A stretch of 64,000 nucleotides of DNA, from positions 73,190 through 137,189 of the IMG/VR virus record IMGVR_UViG_3300042914_004291; one strand, 5' to 3'. The notes below the pieces were generated by a model, which worked only from the letters and a program-made list of their open reading frames with translations, searched no databases and had not been told where the DNA came from. Source of the DNA: a virus. Position numbers and translations under genes: made by a program. Below are positions 1 through 10,558 of the stretch, in pieces (positions within the stretch are counted from its first letter, which is position 1; every line of letters starts with the position of its first letter).

Positions 1-513
1 GAACAAAGAACGGCCATTGGATCGATTAACAGCCGCCTCTTCAACAAACAAAGTACCCATGTTGCTCATTGGTGGCGTCTTGATTGGTACAAGATTGATC
101 TTTCGAGCTCCGGAACCTTCCTTGCCCAAGTCTATGACTGACAGGTTGCTGTCAAGGATCAAACCTTGAACAATGTTCTCTGCAACGATGAACTGGTCAA
201 GGTGGCCAAGTTGATCTGTTCTTCCAACCTCCCTCATCAATTTATGATCTTCATCCACGCAGCGGTAGACTGAATACCCCGGATAAAGCGTAGCTGAGTT
301 GTTTGAGGATGCTAGCCGTGGAGCAACGGCATCGGTGCTAGCACCATTTTGCTGTTGCATGATGCGTTTCATCAGCATTGCCTGTAGATCGCCAGGATCA
401 ATTGATCTGTCGTATGCTGGGGATTGCGTCCGCTGCTTGGTTGTGTGATGGCTGTGTTGTTGTGGTTGACGCATTCCTGGTAGGAACACTGATGGTGGTT
501 CGTTGCTATTCAT
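1..513 (-). CDS. Hypothetical protein, runs off the window start
   Basis: ATG at 513 (MNSNEPPSVFLPGMRQPQQ...), and the frame stays open to base 1. No recognisable motif. Confidence 0.6.
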   Translation of the reverse strand, partial: MNSNEPPSVFLPGMRQPQQHSHHTTKQRTQSPAYDRSIDPGDLQAMLMKRIMQQQNGASTDAVAPRLASSNNSATLYPGYSVYRCVDEDHKLMREVGRTDQLGHLDQFIVAENIVQGLILDSNLSVIDLGKEGSGARKINLVPIKTPPMSNMGTLFVEEAAVNRSNGRSLF

Positions 514-549
514 GTTACTGATGAATAACAATAAGAGGCTGAAGTTGAG

Positions 550-810
550 TTATTTTACAGCGCTGACAAGAACGGGCGCCCAGCCTGAGCTTTTCATAAC
601 ACGACTAAGCAATGCACGTTGCTCAGACTGAAGGGCTGAGACGTCAAATGAAACAATATCTACAGAACGACCAACGTTCTCTGTGATGAATTTTGCGGCA
701 GGCACCATCTGATGCACGTGCAATTTCAAATCTACAAAGCTGCTTACAATCCCAGCCTGTGATCGGATGGCGTTTCTCTTGACGTATGTTTGTAGTTCTG
801 GTGCTGACAT
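550..810 (-). CDS. Hypothetical protein
   Basis: 86-aa ORF, co-oriented with its neighbours and not overlapping them. Confidence 0.6.
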   Translation of the reverse strand: MSAPELQTYVKRNAIRSQAGIVSSFVDLKLHVHQMVPAAKFITENVGRSVDIVSFDVSALQSEQRALLSRVMKSSGWAPVLVSAVK

Positions 811-945
811 ATCAATCCATTACGTAATAATACACCAAACAGTTATTTCTGTTTGTTTTCGTTCTTTATGTTCAGTGTAGCACCTAGCACACCAAACGCC
901 AGTAGCAAACTCAGAGCGTTCATGAAAATTCCAAGAGTCATTGTT

Positions 946-1251
946 TCAGATGATCTTTCGAAGTTGAGAGCTACTCTGAGCTAAGAACGTTCGAACTTTC
1001 TTCAAAAACTCAACTGTGTAGAGCATCACACGTTTGCGTTCTTCCTCTGAGCCGGAACCAAACAATGGCTCACGGGTTGCTTCTTCACCTTCTTCGATCA
1101 ACTTCGAGGCTTTCTCAGAAGTGTCATTGAGGAACGTAGTGACTTTCTTGAAATATGCTCCAAGATCTTTAGCGGAGCCGCCGCTGAGAGTTGCCGCTTC
1201 AGCATCCCTGGCTTCTTTGACTAGCTGTTTTAATGATTTGAATTTACTCAT
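946..1251 (-). CDS. Hypothetical protein, possibly late/virion
   Basis: 101-aa ORF with TAGTTA just upstream (1264-1269) and N-terminal SLKQLVKE. Confidence 0.7.
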   Translation of the reverse strand: MSKFKSLKQLVKEARDAEAATLSGGSAKDLGAYFKKVTTFLNDTSEKASKLIEEGEEATREPLFGSGSEEERKRVMLYTVEFLKKVRTFLAQSSSQLRKII

Positions 1252-1266
1252 TGTATTATCTGCTAA

Positions 1267-2148
1267 CTAGAACTGAGAGGCAAAGGCAGCTTCGAAGGTG
1301 TTCATGTGCAGATCAATCACCTTGTTGGCCGGTGTCTGATATCCACCGGCCAAGTTCCAGACAATTGGAACTTTGAAGTATTTGGCCATTTGAAACACGA
1401 TCTGATCTCGTCTCAGCATCTGTTCTGTGGTAAGGAACCCACCATATGGGTCATCGATGTGTGGATCGGCGCCAGCTTGATAGAACAATAGACTACACCC
1501 CTTGAACTTTGTGGCCAGATAATCAGGTAGTTGATCTAGCCATGGCTCGTAGTCGATCTGTTTCTTGGCATACTTTCCAAAGGTTTCATGCACCAACCAG
1601 TGCCTGCTGACGTCAAACTTTTCAATGATGTCCTGCGTGCCGTTTCCGTAGTGCGCATCAAAATCAATGATTCCGAACGTTTTCACATCGCGTGTGATCT
1701 GCTCTGCCCAGAGTTTGAACACTGCAATCATCAGGCCGTTGAAAGTGCAGAAACCCATTGCTTTGTCATAGCAAGCGTGATGGAAACCACTCGTTGGAGA
1801 CATGGCCATTGTCTGGTTGTATAGTGCATGATTTGCAGCAGCAAACAGACTACCATTGGTCCATGGCAATGCAGCAGCAACTTCTGGGAGTTTGTTCCCA
1901 AAACCATTCTCGACTAATGAATTCAGCACTCCATCAACGTAATCCGAATCATGTGCTTGTTTGATGTCTTCTCTCGTCAGAGGCTGGAAATCAACTATTC
2001 TTAGTTTGTCAGGGTATCGCCGCAAAGCTTCTTCAACCACCATGGCGGGTTTGTGCGCCGAAGGACTAGTCGCCGAAACTTCAACCGTTAACGGAACTGA
2101 TTGATTTTGAGAATAGAATATTGGAATGGATGGCTGCACCGTATTCAT
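1267..2148 (-). CDS. Zn-dependent histone deacetylase (HDAC/AcuC) family protein
   Basis: Has the family motifs GFHHA, GFCTFN, DFDAHYGNGTQ (metal-binding D-x-H), YQAGADPHIDDP and GGY (catalytic Tyr). Confidence 0.93.
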   Translation of the reverse strand: MNTVQPSIPIFYSQNQSVPLTVEVSATSPSAHKPAMVVEEALRRYPDKLRIVDFQPLTREDIKQAHDSDYVDGVLNSLVENGFGNKLPEVAAALPWTNGSLFAAANHALYNQTMAMSPTSGFHHACYDKAMGFCTFNGLMIAVFKLWAEQITRDVKTFGIIDFDAHYGNGTQDIIEKFDVSRHWLVHETFGKYAKKQIDYEPWLDQLPDYLATKFKGCSLLFYQAGADPHIDDPYGGFLTTEQMLRRDQIVFQMAKYFKVPIVWNLAGGYQTPANKVIDLHMNTFEAAFASQF

Positions 2149-2154
2149 ACAGCC

Positions 2155-2184
2155 AGCCTAGCATGATGTGGGTGGATCTGTCAA
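2155..2184 (-). promoter_or_regulatory. Sigma70-type promoter, leaderless HDAC mRNA
   Basis: TTGACA-18 nt-TAGGCT with TG extension; the ATG follows 6 nt after the -10. Confidence 0.7.
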
Positions 2185-3176
2185 CGTGCCATGGCTGGGT
2201 TGCTGAACACACCGGAGTGTTGTCCATAACCAGAGAGGAAACCGCCCAAGCTTTGTCCAATTGTGTTTTTCAGCTTTGATTTGCTTGCGGCAAAAAACTC
2301 AGGAATGTCTCCAAGGATGTTGAAGATCTGAGCTTCGGCGCGAACGTTGTTTGCGATCACATCGTCGGTCAGCTCTAGACCAAACTTCTCGGCATCAAAG
2401 TTATTGATTCCTTTGAATGCATTCTTGACAATTGCACCACGTGTCGTTTTACCAGTCAGAGCATTGCCAATCTTTGCAAACATGCCAGTCTTTGCAGGGC
2501 CAGCAGTAGTTGTCTTAAGTTTCTGAACTGTCGCTTCATCACCAAAGAGCTTACCATATGCTTCGAAAAACTTCATGGCTTCGCCAAGTCGCTCAGCTAC
2601 AATGTTCAGGAGCTTGTCAGGGTCTTCGATGTGCGCAACCTGTTCAAAAAATGCAGTTGTTTTCCCGCCCATTCCACGGCCAGCCGCAGTGGCCGTTGGT
2701 GCTCGCCTAGAAGCAAGTGGATCACCCTTTGGAACAAACTGCTTGGCTGGATGGTCGAATGACATATTCAGTTTATCCAGCGCACTTGCAACGACGCCAA
2801 TCTGAAGCTCGTTCATCAACCAGCGTTTAAGCTCATTTCCACCATTGGCCGAGTTGGCAGCTAGAAGAACACCGATTGCTTTTTTGATTGCTTCAAACTT
2901 TGCAATCGATTCGTTGTCTGCTAGAGAAGCTTCAGCGATGAAGTGAAGCACAGCATGACGCTCCACAAGTTTGTTCAACTTTTCCAATCGCGATGTGGCA
3001 TAGAGAGCCGCACCAACTTGGTTCTTGCTCTCAGACAAAACTTTAGATTTGGTGTTCAGCTCGGTTATAACAGCATGAATCTCTCTGACGGTTGCAGAGC
3101 GACGCTCATTCACAAATGATGCGAGCTTCGACACTTGTTGTTTCTTGATATTTGCTTTTTGTTTGTTCTTAGCCAT
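2181..3176 (-). CDS. Hypothetical protein, probably late/virion
   Basis: 331-aa ORF with TATTTA upstream (3197-3202). Confidence 0.8.
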   Translation of the reverse strand: MAKNKQKANIKKQQVSKLASFVNERRSATVREIHAVITELNTKSKVLSESKNQVGAALYATSRLEKLNKLVERHAVLHFIAEASLADNESIAKFEAIKKAIGVLLAANSANGGNELKRWLMNELQIGVVASALDKLNMSFDHPAKQFVPKGDPLASRRAPTATAAGRGMGGKTTAFFEQVAHIEDPDKLLNIVAERLGEAMKFFEAYGKLFGDEATVQKLKTTTAGPAKTGMFAKIGNALTGKTTRGAIVKNAFKGINNFDAEKFGLELTDDVIANNVRAEAQIFNILGDIPEFFAASKSKLKNTIGQSLGGFLSGYGQHSGVFSNPAMAR

Positions 3177-3211
3177 GGTTTATACTACTATGGCCTTAAA
3201 TACAAAACCAT

Positions 3212-3724
3212 CTAGTGAATGTCGCTGTTCGCCGCCATCAATTCAAAATAAACACGACTAACCCAAAGGTACCTTCTACCCATAAAAAAATATCTGGCCG
3301 CATCCTCCTCCCAGCTAGACACATCCATACACTCACCACACTTGTCACATTGCAACTGATTGGCAATCCTTCTGCGAAATACAGAAATATCTGGCATCAG
3401 AGTCCTGTAGTTTACAAAATCCCACCGGTTCCACTTCTCCGGATGAGGAAGGACCAGATCCCATCTGTGTCTGCACGCAAAGGCGTCTAGGACTTTATCT
3501 AGGAGCCTGCGAACATTGGTTGCTCGCAGCTCTGCCAGGATATCCTCATCAGCCGCTAATGGAATAACAAGCGCCTCTAAGTGAGTGTCTGATACTGTAC
3601 TGCTCGACATGCCAAACCACCTCTGGTGACCTTTCCGGATGTTTTTGTTTAATGATGATTGTGTTGCTGCCATGTGATCTAGCTTAACAACAAGAGAGGA
3701 TGGCAACAAGACAAGACCTAGCAT
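3212..3724 (-). CDS. Hypothetical protein with CxxC motif; start uncertain
   Basis: Contains CRHRW...CDKCGE. A TTGACA at 3738-3743 suggests the real start lies further downstream. Confidence 0.55.
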   Translation of the reverse strand: MLGLVLLPSSLVVKLDHMAATQSSLNKNIRKGHQRWFGMSSSTVSDTHLEALVIPLAADEDILAELRATNVRRLLDKVLDAFACRHRWDLVLPHPEKWNRWDFVNYRTLMPDISVFRRRIANQLQCDKCGECMDVSSWEEDAARYFFMGRRYLWVSRVYFELMAANSDIH

Positions 3725-3827
3725 ATGCCCAGGTCTTTGTCAAGTAGTTGTAGTAGCGAATGAGGAAGTTGTTTTTGAGATGATTATCAGAGGAACAGTT
3801 GTAGCACAGCTAAGTCGAATAGCGCCT

Positions 3828-4319
3828 TTAATACTGCATCACGCACATGTCGTAGCGGATTCCGAGTGTGATTTCTTGAACGGCGTTGCCTTCTTCCATG
3901 CTGAGTTCACCAAAGTTGATTGATTTACACCAAGCACCTTTGTAGTCCCAGAGCTGCACAACGGTTCCAACTGGATCAAGGATCTTGAGCTGGATGTCGC
4001 GTTTGTAGAAGTCTGGGTAGCCAGCACGACCAGACACCGGCTCATAGCACAGGCGAGCCCATTCCATGACTTGTTGTGCCGTGGAAGGAGAGATGTAGTC
4101 GATCAGTGTGACGCTCATCTCCGAGAAATCTGCTTTGCCAGCGATATATCTGCTACTGTTGATCCAGTTAAGTTTGATCTCCTCTATGGTGATCTCTGGT
4201 CGTGCTGCTGTTTTGATCATATAGGCATCGATGCCTTCGATCGCCAGCACGAACCGGTTCTTGAGATGTGGCATTACTTTTGCCGGGAGCATCTCTGGGA
4301 CTGATAGTGTTTGAGCCAT
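3828..4319 (-). CDS. gp19: Tail tube protein (T4 gp19-like)
   Basis: Motifs NRFVL...RP..TI, YIAGK, YKRDIQLKILDPVG...W.YKGAW and ITLGIRYD; lies directly downstream of the sheath genes. Confidence 0.88.
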   Translation of the reverse strand: MAQTLSVPEMLPAKVMPHLKNRFVLAIEGIDAYMIKTAARPEITIEEIKLNWINSSRYIAGKADFSEMSVTLIDYISPSTAQQVMEWARLCYEPVSGRAGYPDFYKRDIQLKILDPVGTVVQLWDYKGAWCKSINFGELSMEEGNAVQEITLGIRYDMCVMQY

Positions 4320-4363
4320 TTGTTTACTGTTTCTTCCTTGTATTTCTCGTTTAACTAATCAGT

Positions 4364-7300
4364 TCATTGAACAAAGTTGTCTCTGTTGCTCACAACGAAA
4401 TCCAACGACACGAACTCGATAGCAGTTGTTGGAACCACAAAGATCTTGCCTTTGAGGGTTTTGTTGTCCAGGTCTGCCTGTGTTGTGGTAGAAGTATCAA
4501 TGCTGATCTTGTATTTCTCGACACCGCCAGCAGCCTGATAGCGCTGGAGGATTGGCTGCACTGCTTGATTGAACGCCGTCAGTGTTGCTTCGCGGGCTGG
4601 TTCAAAGATAAACCTTGAGGCAACTTTGCGAATGTCTCTGCGGATAGCAATCATCAGTCTGCGCACATTGACTCTGTTGAGTAGGCTCTCAGAGTTCAGA
4701 AGTGTTTTTTGACCCCAGATCACAGAACCAACGCCCGGTTTCGAAAGCATTGGGTTGATCCTTGCGACGTAGAGCGTGTCTGCGTTGGCTTGGTTCAAAC
4801 TTGTTGCGAAACTGGAAACGTTGGCGAGTGTGCCTCTGTTATAACCAGCAGGAGCATTGAATGGCTGACCAACAAAATCGTTCTTAGCATATGCACCAAG
4901 TGCTGCTACAGATGCGGGCATCTTCTCGTACACAGTGCCATTGCTGACTCTGATGTTTACATCTGGGAAATACGTGGCAGCAAAGCTGCTGTTAACTCCG
5001 CGAGTCACGAAATTCTGTGCTGTTTGGTTGACGCTGATATTTGTGTATGAACCTGTCAGGTTGTTACCAAGAGTGTCATATTGCTCAGTATCCATGATGT
5101 AGAAACAATCAAAACGATCATTCTCAGCAACGTTGATGGCAGAGTCGGTGACATATGGAACCCGAACCCCTGGTATTGTCATGAGTTGCACATCCAGGTC
5201 GTTGACATCAGAAACAAGATTCAAAGCTTTCATATAGCTCTGGACGGTTGGCCCGCTGGTCAGACCGCGCGTTGTTTGCGTGATCTCTTGGCTCACAGCA
5301 GCATTTGTCAAAAAGGCTTGGTCGCGGTTGAACATGTTCACGCCATCCCAGCCTCTCTCAACAAAGAAACTGAATTTTGCCAACGCTTGAACAGAAGCAT
5401 TTCCGTTCAAGTCATCTACGGTCAGCGCTCTTGTTTTTGTTGCTTCGACCGCTGGGATAGATCCGGAACGAACATAGGCCCAGTTGAGGAGGTTTGCTGT
5501 GCTTGTCGATGGCAAACCATTGCTTCCCGTAACAACTTTCACTTTCTCAAGCGAGAACATGTTGTAGTTGAAACGGTCACTGTCTAGAATCCAAGATGCA
5601 GTTGTCACAGCTTGGCCAACGCTATCAAACACGGCGAACTGAACATTGGTCGAATCTGGGTCACTTGGGTAGAACCTAGCAAAGCTAGCAATGCTTGGGT
5701 TCAACTGAGCGCTGCTGTTTGGCTCGGTCGGAGAAACTTGCTTTTGGAACTGAACACCCCAGAATATGTTTGTGTCGACGCCAGATGATGCTGTTGATTT
5801 TTTGATGTTTGCACGCATCGGCACAGGAGGCTGAACGCACTTGTAGAGTGGGAACTCGCCGGTTGTCGCAGTGTTGAAATATGGGAATGCTGGGCGAAGG
5901 AGATCTCCTTGACGAACATTGTAAAGGCTGCTTGAACCGGCAGTCACAAGATGCTGTGGCCCTCTGAAACCAAATGGGATTGCAGTGTTCGAGACATCGC
6001 CACTGGCAACATCATCAGATATTTCAACGCGAACATATCGCGAAACGTTTGCATAGTCTCCAAAAGACAAGATCTTTTGTTCTGCTTCCGGTGCTTCGAA
6101 GTTGAACTGTTGATAAGCAGTGCCAATCTTTCTTGCAATATAGTTTGGACTGTCCGGATTCAGGTTACAGTTCGTGAACGGCTCCAAGATCTTCATGCTC
6201 TGATCAGTGTCAGAGAAGCTACGAACAAGCACGTCGAAAGAACCAAATGGCTGTGTTTCCGTAGCAGGCTGGATGTTCATGATAGAGATCTTGAACAGCT
6301 CATTGCCGCTAGAACCATCTGTGAGTGCATGAAACCTGAACAGGTTTACATAGTCCCCACCAAAGTTCTGGGAGATCACCCATGGTGAGAACGCAGTCTT
6401 GAATGCATAACGGAAGTTCTCATAGTTTGGCGTCACAGTTGAATCGACACTCGAAGTGTGGATTCCTCTAGAGCCGGAGCTTGGTGTCAAGAATGCAATG
6501 TTTTCAAGACCTGCCCCGAAAGCTGATCCAGAAGCAGCAACAACCACGCCAGAACCGGTTGGTACCGCGAATGCACTTGGTACGTCAAACCTAGACCAAA
6601 GCAAGTGGCCTGCCTGTTGCATCTTCAGTGGATCGGTGTTGAAGACGTTCGCAAAATAATTTCCAGCCAAAGGATCAAACGAAGCTGTTATGACATTTGG
6701 ATATTCAGAGTCAGTGCCTTTGTGACCATTCAGAAGCATCACAAAACTCTGAGCGCCAGCATTGAGATTGATAGAACCGGTGAAACATCCGGAGAAAACC
6801 AACTCAGTTGGAACAAACGTGGAATCGGGCGGCTCGCATACCTGTGCAGCAGACGAAAGACGCAAAATGACACCAGATGGCGCCATCAGAACTCCACGAA
6901 CAATTGGTGTCGATGCAGTTGATGTTTGAAGCCCAGCTTCAGACAAGGTAGTCGATCCGGCAGACTCACTCATGAAACAACCTAGGACATAGGTGCTGCC
7001 AGTTACACTGTTTGCATTTGCATATGGGTTGTTGCCAAGAGCGCCACCTGAAGCTTCAACCGGCTGCTGAGCTCCAACGACGAACCCTGCGTTTGTTGTT
7101 CTACCGTTGCCATCAGACGACAAACCGTCACCGACACCAAGAACGCGAATATGTACGAGTGGAACAGTTGTGTTTGCAAACCACTCACGTGCAGACAGAT
7201 ATCCCAGCGGAGTATTGACATTGTCTTTACCGAAAGTAGAAACAAAGTCAGGTTCCGATGTGACCTGTGTTGGTACGAATGCTGGTCCTTTCACAGTTGG

Positions 7301-7399
7301 AGCAATGACAACAGGTGGTGTGCCTGCGGGATTACGCACCACTGGAGCGCTTAGGTCTGTTTCTGTGGCGTTAACGCCTGGGCTTTGAAATATTGCCAT
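4364..7399 (-). CDS. gp18: Contractile tail sheath protein, copy 2 (1011 aa)
   Basis: N-terminal SPGVNATETDLS and KGPAFVPT; C-terminal APAGYNRG, LYVARINP, WGQKTL, RVNVRRL, FIFEP and PTTAIEFV. Confidence 0.93.
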   Translation of the reverse strand: MAIFQSPGVNATETDLSAPVVRNPAGTPPVVIAPTVKGPAFVPTQVTSEPDFVSTFGKDNVNTPLGYLSAREWFANTTVPLVHIRVLGVGDGLSSDGNGRTTNAGFVVGAQQPVEASGGALGNNPYANANSVTGSTYVLGCFMSESAGSTTLSEAGLQTSTASTPIVRGVLMAPSGVILRLSSAAQVCEPPDSTFVPTELVFSGCFTGSINLNAGAQSFVMLLNGHKGTDSEYPNVITASFDPLAGNYFANVFNTDPLKMQQAGHLLWSRFDVPSAFAVPTGSGVVVAASGSAFGAGLENIAFLTPSSGSRGIHTSSVDSTVTPNYENFRYAFKTAFSPWVISQNFGGDYVNLFRFHALTDGSSGNELFKISIMNIQPATETQPFGSFDVLVRSFSDTDQSMKILEPFTNCNLNPDSPNYIARKIGTAYQQFNFEAPEAEQKILSFGDYANVSRYVRVEISDDVASGDVSNTAIPFGFRGPQHLVTAGSSSLYNVRQGDLLRPAFPYFNTATTGEFPLYKCVQPPVPMRANIKKSTASSGVDTNIFWGVQFQKQVSPTEPNSSAQLNPSIASFARFYPSDPDSTNVQFAVFDSVGQAVTTASWILDSDRFNYNMFSLEKVKVVTGSNGLPSTSTANLLNWAYVRSGSIPAVEATKTRALTVDDLNGNASVQALAKFSFFVERGWDGVNMFNRDQAFLTNAAVSQEITQTTRGLTSGPTVQSYMKALNLVSDVNDLDVQLMTIPGVRVPYVTDSAINVAENDRFDCFYIMDTEQYDTLGNNLTGSYTNISVNQTAQNFVTRGVNSSFAATYFPDVNIRVSNGTVYEKMPASVAALGAYAKNDFVGQPFNAPAGYNRGTLANVSSFATSLNQANADTLYVARINPMLSKPGVGSVIWGQKTLLNSESLLNRVNVRRLMIAIRRDIRKVASRFIFEPAREATLTAFNQAVQPILQRYQAAGGVEKYKISIDTSTTTQADLDNKTLKGKIFVVPTTAIEFVSLDFVVSNRDNFVQ

Positions 7400-7465
7400 G
7401 TCTTTTTACCGTTTAATTGACGATAAGTAGACATGGCCAAAGGGATCAGTGGGGAAAAGTAATTG

Positions 7466-10400
7466 TCACTCGAATGACACGCCTGATGGCGTGATGACGA
7501 AGTCCATGAGGATGTATTCAACGGCACGCGTTGGAATCACTGCGATTCTTGCATTCATCCTGTTCGAACTGATATCGTTCTGTGTGTTGTTCCTTGTGTC
7601 ACAGATCACACTGAACTTCTCAATCCCCTGATTGTTCTGTACTGCTGACAACACCAGAGTAGCCTGATCGATAAACAGTTTTCTTGTTGTTTCGTTGTTT
7701 TGTTCAAACATCAACCGGTTAGCAATTTCAATGATCTGTCGTTTGATCTCAATCAACATCCTGCGAACGTTGATGCTCGACAGAGCCGAGTTGGTATTTT
7801 GCAACAGCGTGTTCTGTGAGAAGAACACATAGTTCGTGCCGGGGAACTTGGTGATCGGGTTGATGTGTGCATCATACAGACGGTCGCGGTCTGCCTGGTT
7901 AACCTTCACAGCAGTTTGTTTGACGAATGCAAGAGAACCGCGATCAAACCCGGCTGGGGCAAACCATGGGAACTTGTTTCTGTCATTATAGGAAAACGCA
8001 CTAAAAGCGGCAACGCTTCCTGGAACCGATAGGCGACGTGCTGTGACGCTGTCTTCAATTGTGCAGTTTGGAAAATAGGCCGCGGCATAACTTGTATCAA
8101 GCGCCCTAGAAATCAATGCGTTTGACGTCTGCACAACAGAAGGCGTACCAGATGATTGACCATCAAAGATTCTACCAGTTGCAGTCCCAGTAGAATCATA
8201 TTGCGGAATATCTTCTGGATAGATTGCAAGGCCGTACGATGCGATTTTCTCCATTGCATAGTTTGTAACCAAAGGATCACGCTGCCCTGGAATAGTGATG
8301 ATATTGCAGTTGCTGACCGCGGGATTTGTTGCAACATCTACTGCGGTGCGATATGCAACAACAGCGCTGTTATCTGCACCGACACCAGTCCAGTTAGTAC
8401 CTGCCGCTGCGCCCGGTGAATTGTACGCAACGCTTGCCAAACCATCTTGTGTCAAGTTGACTTCAGTGGATGTGGATTGGTCGCTGAAACGTCTGGCCTG
8501 TTTGTCAAAGATGTTAACACCATCCCAGCCACCAGCCATGAATGCAGTAAACTTAGCAAAGCCGGAAAAGTTGTTGAACTGAACGGCAGAACCGCTGTTT
8601 AGAACTGATGCCAAAGTTATTCTGTTGCCAAAGTTGGTTGCAACGTACGTGTTTGGATTCAATGTAGCATTGCGCAGATAAGCCGTATCTCTCATGTGTG
8701 CTGCGGCAGAGCCGGTGAGGTTCGACAGGGATGTGATTCCAAGTGCAACCTTGGCCAGCGAGAACTTGTTGTTGTTCAGAATATCTGCGGCAGACCCTGT
8801 CACGAGAGCATCCAGTTTTTCAATTCCTGAAAACTTTGCAAAGTTTTCAACGATCTGGTTTGGTTCAACCACGGCATTTGTGTTCAGGACGTTGTTGTTT
8901 CTCTCAAACTTCACACCCCAGAACAGTCTGCCATCGACAACAGTTTGCACACCAGGAGCTCCTGGAGCACCGCTTGTTGCCAGATCGTTTCTAGTCACCG
9001 TGAACCTGAATGGAATCGGTGGCACAATAGACCCGGAAAGAGCTGCACCGCCCGGGTTTGTTGAAGCAGAAACGCCTGTTATCCTGGTTTTGTTCAGTGG
9101 AATACTGCCAGTTGTGTCGTTCAATGCACTGTTTGTCAAGAGCACGTTGTAGCCTCTGAAACCAAATGGAAGTGCTTTTGCAGGAACTTCCATGGCGTCA
9201 AGTTTTGCTGCACATTCGATTCGAATATATTTCGATCGGTTCTTGTACTTGCCAGTCAGAACAATATTCTTGTCTGATGCGTCCTCAGCGTCGAAGTTGA
9301 AAGACACGGCCATGTCACCGATCATCTTTGCGACATAATTTGAGCTTCTAGGATCAAGCGACAGATTGCCAAACGTTTCTAGAATCTGCGGGTTGGTATC
9401 TGTATCGTTGAATGCTCTCACAAGAAGAGTGAACGTTCCGTGCTCGGTGTTAGGATCCGTGCTAGCCCGAAGGTCAGAGATACTGACCTTGACTTTGTTG
9501 TTTGCATACTCGCCATCGTCTCGTGAGTAGACTCTGAAAAGATCATATTCCACACTGCCAAAAGGCTGTGAAATAAACCATGGTGTTTTTGGCGTAGTAT
9601 ACCTTGCTTCGTAAGTTCCAAAAATACTTGACCAATCCATGAGGTTGGCGTCGTTGTTGTATTGCGAACCGGACAAAACTGCGACAGTCGCAACGGTGGC
9701 GCTAGAGCTCAGCGCTGCGACCTCAGCGTCAACAGGAAAGTGCATCCAAAGCATATGCTTTTTCTCTGCAAAACTATCAGGATTCGTGTTCAGGACTTTT
9801 GCGACATAAAAATCTGAGCTTGGGTTCAAGCTAGCAGTCAAAATTCGGAGCCCTGGATATCCATCATCACTAGCAAAACTGGCACCTGCCGATGAGGAAA
9901 TGATGATCTTGAAACAATCAACGAGTAATCCTTCTGTTCCAACACGTGCCGCTTCATAGTTGTTAGTTCCGGCCGCAAAGGTGGTTGGGTCGTAAGAAAC
10001 AGCGGTTGATCCACTCATAACCATGAAACGTGCATCGGTTGTGGAAAACAGAACAGCTCGTAGAAGGTTTGGATCTGTTGAGACACTGTTGTTGTTAGTG
10101 AATTCTGGGAAACCAAACGCTTCGTCGGTTGAAACGGTGTGTTTTCCTACCAGGAACTGCGCAACGCCTGGGCGGGCGCCGCTAACAAACGGCGTCCCAT
10201 CGTAGATCACAGACATCCCAGCGTTTGTCACAATGCCGGTAAGATTTGTCATCTCAATGTCAGAAGAACTTGAGTTGGCGCCGCAGCCGAGCACCCTGAC
10301 AAAGTTTAGTGATGCTAGCTCGTTTTCTTTTGCGGCAAAATATTTCTCGACCGCATATCCGCTAGGCAGCGCAGGATCTAGATCGCCAAACGCGTTCTTG

Positions 10401-10558
10401 AAATCATCGATGCCGCCAACAGTCACCGGCACGAAAGCTGGACCTCGTTTTGCAGCACCAATCACGGTAGCTGGGATACCGCCGACAAGAGCTTCGCGCT
10501 CAGTTAGATCGAATTCCTGGTCGAAATACCCAGGAGCTTTGAATGTCATATTACCCAT
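7466..10558 (-). CDS. gp18: Contractile tail sheath protein, copy 1 (1030 aa)
   Basis: N-terminal APGYFDQEFDLT and RGPAFVPV; C-terminal PWFAPAGFDRG, LYDAHINPI, INVRRML, FEQN and PTRAVEYI. Confidence 0.93.
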   Translation of the reverse strand: MGNMTFKAPGYFDQEFDLTEREALVGGIPATVIGAAKRGPAFVPVTVGGIDDFKNAFGDLDPALPSGYAVEKYFAAKENELASLNFVRVLGCGANSSSSDIEMTNLTGIVTNAGMSVIYDGTPFVSGARPGVAQFLVGKHTVSTDEAFGFPEFTNNNSVSTDPNLLRAVLFSTTDARFMVMSGSTAVSYDPTTFAAGTNNYEAARVGTEGLLVDCFKIIISSSAGASFASDDGYPGLRILTASLNPSSDFYVAKVLNTNPDSFAEKKHMLWMHFPVDAEVAALSSSATVATVAVLSGSQYNNDANLMDWSSIFGTYEARYTTPKTPWFISQPFGSVEYDLFRVYSRDDGEYANNKVKVSISDLRASTDPNTEHGTFTLLVRAFNDTDTNPQILETFGNLSLDPRSSNYVAKMIGDMAVSFNFDAEDASDKNIVLTGKYKNRSKYIRIECAAKLDAMEVPAKALPFGFRGYNVLLTNSALNDTTGSIPLNKTRITGVSASTNPGGAALSGSIVPPIPFRFTVTRNDLATSGAPGAPGVQTVVDGRLFWGVKFERNNNVLNTNAVVEPNQIVENFAKFSGIEKLDALVTGSAADILNNNKFSLAKVALGITSLSNLTGSAAAHMRDTAYLRNATLNPNTYVATNFGNRITLASVLNSGSAVQFNNFSGFAKFTAFMAGGWDGVNIFDKQARRFSDQSTSTEVNLTQDGLASVAYNSPGAAAGTNWTGVGADNSAVVAYRTAVDVATNPAVSNCNIITIPGQRDPLVTNYAMEKIASYGLAIYPEDIPQYDSTGTATGRIFDGQSSGTPSVVQTSNALISRALDTSYAAAYFPNCTIEDSVTARRLSVPGSVAAFSAFSYNDRNKFPWFAPAGFDRGSLAFVKQTAVKVNQADRDRLYDAHINPITKFPGTNYVFFSQNTLLQNTNSALSSINVRRMLIEIKRQIIEIANRLMFEQNNETTRKLFIDQATLVLSAVQNNQGIEKFSVICDTRNNTQNDISSNRMNARIAVIPTRAVEYILMDFVITPSGVSFE

